Shown piece after piece: positions 11,370-23,824 of a stretch of DNA of 64,000 nucleotides. Numbering within the stretch: position 1 is the stretch's first letter; every line of letters begins with the position of its first letter. Source of the DNA: Mobula hypostoma (taxonomy: Eukaryota); NCBI RefSeq assembly GCF_963921235.1, contig NC_086108.1:10354001-10418000 (forward strand). Reading direction: 5' to 3'. The position numbers were made by a program, and so were the translations under genes. The notes beneath the pieces were generated by a model. The model saw only the letters and a program-made list of their open reading frames with translations. It was not told the DNA's origin and searched no databases.

Positions 11370-12250
11370 CAACAGAACTAGGGTAGGAAATTCACTACGC
11401 AACTCTTAATTAATCGAAGCTCACACTTTATTGTCTCTGCACAAACAATGTAACTATGTCGACCCCAGGCCAACAATTTAAAACATGAATTCTACTGTGC
11501 CCTCTGTACCAGTACTCATTCAAGCCACTTCTCCAATTTATAACACCAAAATATGGGATGTCCTTCGGCCAGATGATTAATCCTTTCTTCTCCTAGCCTC
11601 TGGCGTGAGGGTTCTTCTTTACGATGGTGAATCTCCAAAGTTATCACTATCTTGCATCTGGAAACCTCTGCTTTTGTATTGATTCCTTACCATTTAAAAT
11701 GCTGCATTTCAGTGTTATTGGCTATCAATCATCTGACTGACCTTTAACACCTTCTTATTGGCTCTGGTCCAGGCCAGCATCCATTTATTGCCCTTCTGCA
11801 GGTAATTTATGGCTCTTTGCTCTCTTCAACTCTGACTAGTTTAAAGCAGTCAAACTAGGTGACCCAGGCCCTGAGTCTAACGAAATTACTTCTGCTTAGT
11901 AGGTTTTTTTGTTATAATTTTTTTTTCAATCTTTAAGATAATGTCTTTTTTGAGACATTGTAAGTGTTTTTACTTCAATGTACTCGTCTTATTTCTTATA
12001 ACAATAAAAAGGTTTGAAAAGAAAGAGATTATTTCTGTAGACCTGCCACTGTACACAATACACAGCTTACCTGAGAATGATCTCTGGATCAGGAGGTTAA
12101 TAACGGAAACTCATTGTGTCCACATTTAATTGCTCTGATTAGAGTATCTCAGAGCAAGAATCAGTTCTCAAACAGTTCACAAGATGGCGGTTACAGAGCA
12201 GCTTCACAAAATGGCAGCTTCTATCTCTTTCAAGCACATAGCAAAAGCAA
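11370..12250. repeat. Unclassified interspersed repeat (second copy 36440-37890), carrying a short AT-rich LINE 3'-UTR insert at 11895-12024
   Basis: Collinear similarity with 36440-36873 plus 37713-37890; insert flanked by GAAATTACTTCTG / GAGATTATTTCTG and similar to 13090-13268. Confidence 0.7.
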
Positions 12251-14515
12251 AGACAATTAGCTTGCCAGTTTCCACTGACCTTGAACCATTCGAGTTTGAT
12301 GTTTTCTTCCATATTTTAATTCTTCCACTGCCAACAAATGCAACGTGGCACATGCAATAATAATAAGCCAACACCACTTGTCACATCTCGCCATACCCAT
12401 GGGTCCTGTGAATGAAGGAGAATTTACATCAGGATGTAAACATGAGACAACCATTCTTAAGTTTAAACACTTCCATTTTATCTCCACATAATACTTTCCC
12501 ATCAGTGAAACAGAGATTTGTCCATAATTGGATGCTCCCCTTACCATATGTTGAGGGTCATCACCCATCACCAGGTCATGCCTTGTTCTCACTGCTATCA
12601 TCAGGGAGGAGGTACAGAAGCCCGAAGACACACACTCAAAGTTTCAGGAAATTTATACTTACTGTATATATACTTACTGTAAGTATATATACATACTATT
12701 TTTCACAGTTTTGTCTCCATTATGTATTGCATTGTACTGCTGCTACAAAAACAGCAAATTTCACGGTATATGCTGATGATATTAAATCTGATTCTGATTC
12801 GGATTTGCTGTTTTCAGATTCTTTGGCCCCATTCCAAGAACCTACGAGAAATATTAAAGTTCAAAGTTCCAACTTCAAAGTAAATTTATTATCAAGGTGC
12901 ATTTATGGCACCATACACAACCCCGAAATTCATTTTCTTGCGGGTATTCACAGTAAATACAAAGAAAGACAATAGAGTTAATGAAAGACTGTACCCAACA
13001 AGACGGACAAATAACCAATGTGCAAAACAATGGTGCAAACACAAAGAGAAAGAAAATAATAATAATAATAATAATAATAAATATAATGTATACCTAATGG
13101 GTTCTCTTTTTTTTCTCACTTTTCTGCTCAGTAGGTTTCTTTTCGTTATCACAAAATTTTGTTTTCAATCTTTAAGTTGATGGTTTTTTTTGAGGCATTT
13201 TAAGTGTTGTTATTTCGATGTACTCATGTTATTTTTCCTATATATACAATAAAAAGATTTGAAAAGAATAATAATAAATAATAAATAAGCAATAAATATC
13301 AAGAATTTGAAATGAAGGGGCTAAAAGTTGTGGGAACAGTTGAGTCATGGGGTAAGTGAGGTTATCCCCTCTGGATCAAAAGCCTGATAGTTGAGGGGCA
13401 ATAACTATGCCTGAACCTGTTGGTGTTGGTCCTACGGCTCTCGTACCTCCTTCCTGATGGCAGCAGCAATAAGAGAGCATGGCCTGGAGGGATGAAATTT
13501 GTTGAGCTTTAAAAATGGGATATACAGATATCACTCCAGCTGAACCACAAGATGTGTTCTAGTGAGAGATATAACACATTGGCTGATATCTCTAACAACC
13601 AGCCAACTGGCAGAGGGTTGTGCATTTGGAAAGCCTGGAGCACAGATAGATTGTGGCTTTCCTGAGTTCCTCTGCAACCAGTCTAGCTTTGTTTGTTCTG
13701 TCATGGTGTCTATTCTCCAGGTCCCACATTCATGTCTTCTGCACTGAGGGTCTTCTCTGATCTCCTATCTCAAACTCCAGTGGATTTTGAGGTTACCTGA
13801 ATTTCAAAGTTCAAAGCAAGTTTATACATACAGTAAATGGTACTCGATACTACTCTGAGATTGGCATTCACAGAAAAATAAACTCAAAGTTCAAAGTACA
13901 TTTATTATCAAAATACCTATACTATATGCAGCCCCTGGAGACTTGCGTCCTTACAGGCAGCCGTAAAACACAGAAACCCAAAAGAACTCATGAAATAAAA
14001 GAAACCGCCACACACCAAATGTGCAGAGAGAAGAAATAAATCGTAAAGGCAATAACCGCAAGCAAATAGCATTCTGAACCGAAGTCCAGAGTGAGAGTCT
14101 GTCCACAGACCCTTAGATTCAGCACAAAGCCTCGTCTTGGGCCCAACACCCTGACCTTTTCAATCTGGCCCTGCATCTAAATCATGTTCAAACATTAGAT
14201 TCAGTCACTTTGATATGCTCTGGGGCCTGGCCCTGCTGGTTCGCCTTGGCTTGTATACAATCTTTTTGATTTGGCCCGGTACTTAAATTGTCATTCCAAC
14301 ATTAGGCTCAGTCGCTTTGAGGCATGGACACCAGCCCCTCGATTTGACATATAATCATATAATTTATGGAAAACTAAAAATAACAAAAACAGCAAACAAC
14401 TAATATCCAAAATAAGATAAATTGTGCAAATAATAATAACATTTAAATGAATAATACTGAGATGTAGAGTCTTTGAAAGTGAGTCTACAGGCTGTGGAAT
14501 CAGTTCAGTGTTGAG

Positions 14516-14886
14516 GTGAGTGAAGTTACCACACTGGTTCAGGAGCCTGATGGTTGTGGGGTAATAACTGTTCCTGAACCTGGTGGTGTGGGACCTGAGG
14601 CTCATTGTGGTGAGTGAAGTTATCCACACTGGTTCAGGAGCCTGATGGTTGTGGGGTAATAACTGTTCCTGAACCTGGTGGAGTGGGACCTGAGGCTCAT
14701 TGTGGTGAGTGAAGTTATCCACACTGGTTCAGGAGCCTGATGGTTGGGGGTAATAACTATTCCTGAACCTGGTGGTGTGGGACCTGAGGCTCATTGTGGT
14801 GAGTGAAGTTATCCACACTGGTTCAGGAGCCTGATGGTTGGGGGTAATAACTGTTCCTGAACCTGGTGGAGTGGGACCTAAGGCTC
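14516..14886. repeat. Tandem array of four ~94-bp units derived from a Rex1/Babar LINE 3' end
   Basis: Unit GTGAGTGAAGTTATCCACACTGGTTCAGGAGCCTGATGG...GAGGCTCATTGTG; minus strand reads SLRSHTTRFRNSYYPTTIRLLNQ. Confidence 0.9.
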
Positions 14887-15467
14887 CTGCAACTCCTTCC
14901 TGATGGTTGCCATTGGAAGAGAGCACAGCCGGGATGGTAGAGATTCTTGATAATCAATGCTGCATATTTATATGAAGCATATAAATATACTCAATGGTGC
15001 GGAGAGCTTTGCCTTTGATGGACTGGGCTGTGTCGACTGAAAGACCCTAAAATGGGAGTCCATTCCAAAGGACAATGCGGTTGCAGACGTGACAATTGTG
15101 AACAATCCCCTATAGCAGGGCACTGCTGTAGAGCATTGCTCACAATTTTTATGGCATGGATCCCTACCATTAACTAAGGGGTCCAAGAACCCCAGGCTGG
15201 AAACTCCTGCTCTAATATATGATCAAAGCATGATCATAGCTATTTTAGTGGTACTGGTCTGTACGTGATGCTGAAGTCCATAAGACCATAAGACAGGTGC
15301 AGAATCTGGCTATTCAGCCCATCAAATCTGCGGCACTATTCTATCATAGTTGATTTATTATATCTTTCAATCCATTTCTCCTGCATTCTCCCTGTAACCT
15401 TTGACACCCTTGACCGATAAAGAACCTAGCAACTTCTGTTCTAAATATACCCATATACTGTATACCC

Positions 15468-15820
15468 AAGGATGGTAGGGTGGAGATATGTCTCTACCAA
15501 AGGAGGGGTAAGGCACTCCTTCCCTCCACTAACCTGCAAGCCAGCCTCGGACAAGGTGTAGCACCTGCTTCGCCACCCACCCCAGATCAGGGTCATGTGA
15601 AGCCACTGGAGCAGATGGTGCATACCACAAGTCCTGGTTATGTGCAACCACTGACACCAGGTAGACAATCTCTGGAGTATTATTAATGGCTGGGCTCACC
15701 CATCTTGTAAAGACACTGCCCAGAAGAAGGCCACTTCTGTAGGAAAGTTTGCCAAGAACAATCATGGAAAGACCATAATCACCCACCCATGTCATACGTC
15801 ATGTCACATAACAAACAAAC
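15468..15820 (+). mobile_element. Probable RTE-related SINE
   Basis: Short element interrupting a CR1 3' remnant; RTE-like 3' segment and ACAA-repeat tail. Confidence 0.45.
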
Positions 15821-16749
15821 GATATATACACCCAAACTGCCAAATTTGCTCGACTCCTACTGACCACGGTGGTTGAAGAAGTCCTGAGTTTTAGGGTGGC
15901 ATTTCAAATGAGATGTTTCAATGAGTGCAGTGTTGTAAAAAAATGTTTGGCAGTCTCTCTCTGGCTGAGGTTGCCAAGGGTTCAGCAGCATATGGCCGTC
16001 TGCAAATCAAGAGCTTGAATGGAACAACGAGAAAGCAGAGGGAACTGAGTCTAATTGTGCCAAACTGGATCATGTGCATTGTCATAGCTTGGCGATGAAA
16101 CCACCGTCGAGTTGAATCCTGATGTTCACAGCTCACTGAGTCAATTTCAGGTTCTGGGTATCAATCCTCCGACGATCTAACCTGGACCCAACATGTCGAT
16201 GCAGCTACAAAGAAAACACAACAGTGGCTACGTTTCATTATGAGCTTGAGAAGACTTGGTATGTCACTAAAAACATCTGAAAATTTCTACAGTTGTACTG
16301 TAGAGAGCATTCTAACTGGCTGCATCACTGTTTTGTATGGAGGGGTGAGTGGCTACTGCACCGGGTTGAAGTAAGCTGTAAACTCAGTCAGCTCCATCTT
16401 GGGCACTAGCCTCCATTGTGTCCAGGGCATCTTAAAGAAGTGGGACCTCTTTTGGGGCAGGCATGACCTGATGGGTAGCACTTGAATCCCAGGGGAACCA
16501 ATATCCTGGCAGGGAGGTTTGCTAAGGCTATTGAGGAGACTTTAAACTAGAATTGCTGGGGGGTGGGAACTGAACTGAAGACACGGAGGAAGGGGCGGTG
16601 GGCTCACAAATAGAGAAAGCTTGCAGGCAATGTGATAGAGAAGGGATGCGCTCAGACTGATAGTTTGAGATGTAAGTACATGTTTGGCACAGCATTGTGG
16701 GCCGAAGGGCCTGTATTGTGCTGTAGGTTTTCTATGTTTCTATGTTTCT

Positions 16750-17895
16750 AACTTACCAACCAATGAAGTAAGACTAACTGGTCTATAATTTCCTGGGCTA
16801 TCTCTACTCCCTTTCTTGAATGAGGGAACAACATCTGCAACCTTCCAATCCTCTGGAACCTCTCCCGTCCCCATTGATGATGCAAAGATCTTTGCCAGAG
16901 GGTTAGCAATCTCCTCCCTCGCCTCCCACAGTAGCATGGGGTATATCTTGTTCAGTCCCGATGACTTATCCAACTTGATGCTTTCCAAAAGCTCCAGCAC
17001 ATCCTCCTTCTTAATGTCTATATGCTCAAGCTTTTCAGTCTGCTGTAAATCATCCCTACAATTGCCAAGGTCCTTTTCCATAGTGAGTACTGAAGCAAAG
17101 TATTTATTAAGTATCACCACTATCTCCTATCGTCCAATGCACATTTTTCCACTGTCACACTTGATTGGTTCTATTCTCTCATGTCTTATCCTCTTGTTCT
17201 TCACATATTTGTAGAATGCCTGGGGTTTTCCTTAATCCTGCCAAGGCCTTCTCATGGCCCCTTCTGGCTCTCCTAATTTCATTCTTAAGCTCCTTCCTGC
17301 TAGCCTTATAATTTTCTAGATCTCTATCATTACCTAGTTTTTTTGAACCTTTCGTAAGCTTTTCTTTTCTTCTTGACTAGATTTTCAACAGGCTTTGTAC
17401 ACCACAGTTCCTGTACCCTACCATCCTTTCCCTGTCTCATTGGAATGTACCTACGCAGAATGTCATGCAAATATCCCCTGAACATTTGGCACATTTCTGC
17501 CCAAATTATGCTTCCAAGTTCCTGTCTGATAGCTTCATATTTCCTCTAATTTCAATTAAACACTTTCCTAACTTGTCTGTTCCTATCCAACTCCAATGCT
17601 ATGGTAAAGGAGATAGAATCGTGATCACTATCTCCAAAATGCTCTCCCACTGACAGACCTAACACCAGATCAGGTTCACTTCCCAATACCAGATCAAGTA
17701 CAGCCTCTCCTTTTGTAGGCTTATCTACATATTATGTCAGGAAACCTTCCTGAATACACCTAACAAACTCCATCCCATCGAAACCCCTTGCTCTAGGAAG
17801 ATGCTAATCAATATTGGGGAAATTAGAATCTCCTACCACAACAACCCTGTAATTATTACACCTTTCCAGAATCTGTCTCCCTATCTGCTCCTCGA
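16750..17895 (-). mobile_element. CR1 ORF2 fragment (endonuclease to RT linker)
   Basis: LNKYFASV...GEVPEDWKVADVVPSFKKG...GNYRPVSLTS. Confidence 0.9.
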
Positions 17896-18111
17896 TAGTC
17901 ATAGTCATAGTCATAGTCATACTTTATTGATCCTGGGGGAAATTGGTTTTCATTACAGTTGCACCATAAATAATAAATAGTAATAGAACCATAAATAGTT
18001 AAATAGTAATATGTAAATTATGCCAGTAAATTATGAAATAAATTCAGGACCAGCCTATCGGCTCAGGGTGTCTGACCCTCCAAGGGAGGAGTTGTCCTTG
18101 TTACTATTGGG

Positions 18112-19215
18112 TAAAGTACCCATGCAAGGCTTATTGAGAAAGTAAGGAAGCATAGGATCCAAGGAGACCTTGCTTTGTGGATCCAGAACTGGCTTGCCCA
18201 CAGAAGGCAAGGAGTGCTTGTAGAGGGTCATATTCTGCATGGAAGTTGGTGATCAGTGGTGTGCCTCTGTTCTGGGACCTCTTCTCTTTGTGATTTTTTA
18301 TAAATGACCTGGATGAGGAAGTGGAGGGATGAGTTAGTAAATTTGCTGATGTCACAAAGGTTCGGGGTGTTGTGGATAGTGGGGAGGACTGTCACAGGTT
18401 ACAGTGGGACATCAATAGGATGTAACACTGGGCTGACGAGTGATAGATGGAGTTCATCCCAGATAAGTGTTAGGTGGTTAATTTTGGTTGATCTAATATG
18501 ATGGCAGAATATAGTATTAATGGTAAGCCTCTTGACAGTGTGGAGGATCCGAGGGACCTTGGGGTCCATGTATGCAGCGCAGTTTGATGGTGTGGTTAAG
18601 CAGGTATATCGTGTATTGGCCTTCATCAACCGTGGGATTGAGTTCAAGAGCTGAGAGGTAATGTTGCAGCTATATAGGACCTGGACCCCACTTGGAGTAC
18701 TGTGCTCAGTTCTGATCACCTCACTGCAGGAAGAATGTGGAAACTATAGAAAGGGTGCAGAGGAGATTTACAAGGATGTTGCTTGGATTGGGGAGCATGC
18801 CTTATGAGTGAACTTGGCCTTTTCTCCTTGGAGTAACAGAGGATGAGATATGACCTGACAGAGGTGTATAAGATGATGAGAGGCACTGATTGTGCAGATA
18901 GTCAGAGGCTTTTTCCCAGGGTTGAAATTGCTAACACGAGAAGGCACAGTATTAACGTGCTTGGAAGCAGGTTCAGAGGAGATGTAAGGGATAGGTTTTT
19001 TACGCAGAGAGTGGTGAGGTGGAATGGGCTGCCTGCGACAGTGGTGGAGGTGGATACGATAGGAGCTTTTAAGGGACTCCTGGATAGGTACATGGAGCTT
19101 AGAAAAATAGAGGGCTGTGGGTAACCCTGGGTAATTTCTAAGGTAAGGACATGTTTGGCACAGCATTATGGGCCCAAGGGCCTGTATTGTGCTGTAGGTT
19201 TTCTATGTTTCTATG
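18112..19215 (+). mobile_element. CR1 RT and 3' end, degraded
   Basis: NDLDEEVEG..SKFAD; DLTEVYKMMRG; TTTCTATG tail. Confidence 0.9.
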
Positions 19216-19814
19216 ACAGCATCCATCGTGAAGGACTCCCACCAGCCAGAGCATGCCCTCTTCTCACTGTTACCATCAGGGAGGAGGTACAGGAGCCTGA
19301 AGACACACACCCAGTGATTCAGGAACAGCTTCTTCCCCTCTGCCATTCAATGTCTGAATGATCATTGCACCCACAAACACTGCCTCTCCTCTTCTGTATT
19401 TCTAGTTTTACACTACCGATTTATCTATTTAATATACATTCACAGTTATTTTCTCTGTTATTATGTACTGCATTTTGATGCCAGTGATATTAAACCTGAT
19501 TCTGATTCTGATTCAGAAGGGGAACCTGAGTTTGTGGCACTGGCGTACCGTCACGTCTCTTCGACGGCACGGTCACCAGGCTGCAAAGGTAAACTAGACC
19601 CACCAATTTCACCCAGCATTTCAGCACCACTCATTCCTGCTGGTAGTCTGGCAGACAGCGAGTCCTCCCCCTGCTGTGATGGAGTGTTCATGCTTGCTCT
19701 AATTGATTCAAATTCCCATCAACAAGTGTAGGAGGAGATACAATTCAGCAACAACTTGCAGACAGCCTTCCCTACTCTATAAGCACAAGATATTCTGCAC
19801 ATGCTGGAAATCCA

Positions 19815-20900
19815 TTAGCACCAGGCTGAGATCGAGAGGATGTGGAAAGGATGCTGGAGTGTTGTGAGCAGTTTGGGGCCCCTCATCTGAGAAGGGATCT
19901 GCTGACATTGGAGAGGGCTCAATGGAGGTGAACACAGTTTTTTTCTGGGATTGAAAGTCTTGTCATATGAGAAGTGTTCGATGGGTCTGGCCCTGTACTC
20001 ACTGGAATTCAGAAGAATGGGGAGTCTGGTGGTCTCATTGAAACTTATCGAATGTTGAAAGGCCTTGATAAAGTGGATGTGGAGAGGATTTTTCTTATGG
20101 TGGGAGAGCCTAAAGCCTGATTTATACTTCTGCGTCAACTCGACGCCGCAAGTACTGCGTCGCCACAAACCCTACGCAGAGCCGACGCAGATCCCTACGC
20201 CAGAGCCTGAAGCGCACCTCTCCCAAAATGTAACTGCGCATCACGGCAACGCAGAACGCAACAACAGTGATTGGTCCACCTGGGAGCATCGTATTTCCTC
20301 CTACGCTACAAAAGCTTCCCATTGGGCAACTTAAGGGCAGGGAAGGAACTCTGGCTGCAATGCTTTCCATAAAGCTTTACAGACCACCGAATTTATGGAG
20401 GACACATTTCACTTTTACAAAAAACGACGCTCGCTTTAAACTTGTTTACCCCAAGAAAGACTACCATGAAGCCTTGCGCGGGCAGGCGTGTACGCATGGG
20501 TGATGTGCACGAATTGCAAAGCGATGCAGACACACCAGTGTACAAGTATAAATGCTCACAATGCATGTAAGCTACTTGCTTAGGTTACGGTGTCGAGTTG
20601 ACGCAGAAGCATAAATCAGGCTTAAGACAGAGGACACAGTCTCAAAAGAGAAGGGCATCCCTTTGGAATGGAAATGAGGAGAAATTTCTTAGCCAGGATG
20701 GTGGTAAATCTGTGGAATTCGTTGCCAAGTCTTTGGGTAAATTTAAGGAAAGTTTGAAAGATCCTTGATTTGTCAGGGTGTGAAAGATTGTAGGCAGAAG
20801 GCAGGAGAATAAGGTTAAGAGGGAAATGGATCAGCCACACTGGAATGGCGGAGCAGACTCGATGGGCTGAATAACCCAGCTCTGCTCCTATGTCTTATGG
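19815..20900 (+). mobile_element. CR1 3' fragment interrupted by a Harbinger MITE
   Basis: CR1 C-terminal motifs on both sides of 20114-20622; tail CCTATGTCTTATGG. Confidence 0.8.
20114..20622. mobile_element. PIF/Harbinger-type MITE
   Basis: 31-bp TIR AGCCTGATTTATACTTCTGCGTCAACTCGAC / GTCGAGTTGACGCAGAAGCATAAATCAGGCT; 3-bp TSD TAA (20111-20113, 20623-20625); no transposase. Confidence 0.88.
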
Positions 20901-22550
20901 TTTAACACACACAAAATGCTGGAGGAACTCAACAGGTCAGCCAGCATATATGGAAAGTAATAAAGAGTTGATGTTTGTCTTGGCCCGAAACGTTGACAGT
21001 TTTTTCCTCTCCTTAGATATGTCTAGCCTGCTGAGTTGCTCCTTACTCCATCTGTGGATGCCAGTGCACATGTTGGGTAGTTTTAGCAGAAGAAATGGGT
21101 GGTGGACCTGAAGAACAATGAGGGAGAATCTCATTGAAACCTATCGAATGTTGAAAGGCCTCAGCTGGGCAGAGAGAGTGTTTCCTATGGTGGGGGAGTC
21201 TAAGACCAGAGGACACATCCTCAGAATAGAGGGACGTCTATTTAAAATGTAGATCAGGAGGAATTTCTTTAACCAGAGAGCGGTGTGACAGTGGAATTCT
21301 TTGCCACAGGTGGCGGTGGAAGCATAGTCATTGGGTATATTCAAGGCAGGGGTTGATAGGTTCCTGTTAGTCAGGGCATGAAGGGATACGGGGAGAAGGC
21401 AGGAGACTGGGGCTGAGAGGGAAATGGATCGGCCATGATGAAATGGCAGAGCTGACTCGATGGACTGAATGGCCTAATTCTGCTCCTATATCTTATGGTC
21501 TTCTGGATTAAGTACCATGGATAGTAGGATTAGATCAAAGAGATTTGTACTTGTTAGCATAGAAACATAGAAAACCTACAGCACAATACAGGCCCTTCAG
21601 CCTACAATGCTGTGCAGAACATGAACTTACTTTAGAAATTACCTCGGGTGACCCACTGCCCTCTGTTTTTCTAAGGTCCATGTACCTGCCCAAGAGTCTC
21701 TTAAAAAACCCTATTGTAGCCACAGAGGGATTGAGGGATGGGGTGGACTGTGAAGCCTGTGTTGTGAAACATTGTGCTAACCACTATGCTACCGTGCTGA
21801 TCTATTTTTTTCCTGATGAAGATGAAAGATGAGAGTTTGAGGAGATAACTCTCTAGACATTCTCCTTGCCATTGTGCTTCTGACAGTGGCTTTTCCTCCC
21901 AGGTTAAGCATGCCAGCCCCATCATAAATACAGATCCATTTATCATCGGGCAGAGCGGCAAAGTACTGCTGAAATCTTTACTCAGCCCACATGCACAGGA
22001 GATGTTCCAGTTCCCAGCTGTCACAGCCCCTTTGGGGGGAACTTACACGTTCTACGTTCTGAGGAGCAGAGATTTAGCGTCAGAATCTGAATCACGGTCA
22101 TGAAATTTGTTTTCTTTGTGGCAGTATACAATGCAATACTTAATAACAGAGAAAAAAACTGAGTTACAGTTACATAATAGTTAAATAAGAAGTTCAAAAA
22201 TAGAAATATGTAAGTAGTGAGGTGGTGTTCATGGGTTGAATGTCCACTCAGAAATCAGATGGCAGAGGGGAAGAAGCTGTTCCTGAATCATTGAGTGTGT
22301 GTCTTCAGGCTTCTGGACCTCCTTCCTGATGGTAACAATGAGAAGAGGGCATATCCTGGGTGATGGGGGTCCTTGATGATGGATGCCACCTTTTTGAGGC
22401 ATCGCTCCCTAAAGGTGTCCTGGATGCTGGGGGGATTAGTGCCCATGATGGAGCTGACTGAGTTTACAACTGTCCGCAGCTTATTTTGATCCTGAGCAGT
22501 AGCACTGCTTCCCCCTCCCCCGCCGCCATATCAGACTGTGATGCAGCCAG

Positions 22551-23824
22551 TGTCATGGTCCAGTCCGTGAAGTCCATACTCCGGTTCACGGTCTGGTCCA
22601 TCGACCCTTGCTCCAGGTTTTCCTGTCTACCCTGTTTCTGTTCTTGTTGAGCTCTAATTGAGGCAGCTGATTCTCATTGGGGCTGGCTGCATAAATACCT
22701 CCAGAGGCTGCTAGATTGTTCTTGTCTTTACTCCTTGTATCCCTTCCTCTGCCTTCTGTTTCCTCGCCTGAAGCCCTGCTTTGTCTTGCCGGTATCTCTC
22801 GCCTCGCCTGAAGTTCTGTCTGGCCTTGCTTTGCCAGAAGCCTTGCCTTGTCTTGCTGGTAACTCTCGCCTCACCTGAAGTTCTCGTCTCGACTTGCACT
22901 GCCTGAAGTCTTGCCTTGTCTTGCTGGTAACTCTCACCTCGTCTCGCCTGCAGTCTTGTCCTGGAGCCACCCTGTATCTAGCTCCCTTCCTGTCCCTTGC
23001 CTCCGCCCAGGTAAGCCAGGCCGTCTTGCTGTTACCTGCGGTTGGTTCTGTCCCTTCCTAACCCTTGCCTCCTTCGGGTAAGCCAGGCCATCTTGCTGTT
23101 ACGTGCGGTTGTTTCTGACTCTTCCTGTCCTTTGCCTCTGTCGAGTGGTGATCCACGCCCTGCCCAGGAGAACTGCGCCCTTCCCAGGAGGATCCTCCAG
23201 CCTCCATCCCCAAGCCTCGCCTCAAGTCTCCAGCCTCTAGCCTCAAGCCTGAAGACTCCAGCCTCCTGTCTCCTGCCAAGCCTTGCCTCAAGTCTCTGGC
23301 CTCAAGCCTGAAGACTCCAGCCTCCTGCCACCTGCCAAGCCTTGCCTCAAGTCTCTGGCCTCAAGCCTGAAGACTCCAGCCTCCTGCCACCTGCCAAGCC
23401 TTGCCTCAAGTCTCTAACCTCTAGCCTCAAGCCTGAAGACTCCAGCCTCCTGCCTCCTGCCAAGCCTTGCCTCTAGTCTCTAGCCTCAAGCCTGAAGACT
23501 CCAGCCTCCTGCCTCCTGCCAAGCCTTGCCTCTAGTCTCTAGCCTCAAGCCTGAAGACTCCAGCCTCGTCCTGCCTGCCAGTCAAGCCTCATCCTTGCCT
23601 AATTCTGGGGTCCGAGCCGGAGGCAAGACCCAGGTACTGGGTCCTTGTCCAGTCTCTGGCTTGGAGTCCAAGCCCGGGCTCCTAACTCTCTTGTCCAGTC
23701 CTGTTCCGGGTTCCCGGTTTTCGTGTCCATGTCCTTGACCTCACCCTGTATCCTCGTCCTGTCCGTAGTACTTCAGTGTCTGTGTCTTGCACTTGGGTCC
23801 GTTCCCAACCACCTCCTTATGACA
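22551..23824 (+). mobile_element. Solo LTR or non-autonomous LTR element inserted in a minus-strand Rex1/Babar fragment (22080-24175)
   Basis: TGTCAT...ATGACA ends; 5-bp TSD GCCAG (22546-22550, 23825-23829). Confidence 0.85.
23200..23590. repeat. Minisatellite, ~59-bp unit, about 6 copies, inside the LTR element
   Basis: Repeated CCTCAAGCCTGAAGACTCCAGCCTCCTGCC(A/T)CCTGCCAAGCCTTGCCTC. Confidence 0.9.

Noticed and set aside
14516..14886. Regular repeats resembling a CRISPR array
   Set aside because: Whole units repeat with no unique spacers, they derive from a LINE, and there are no cas genes in this eukaryotic context
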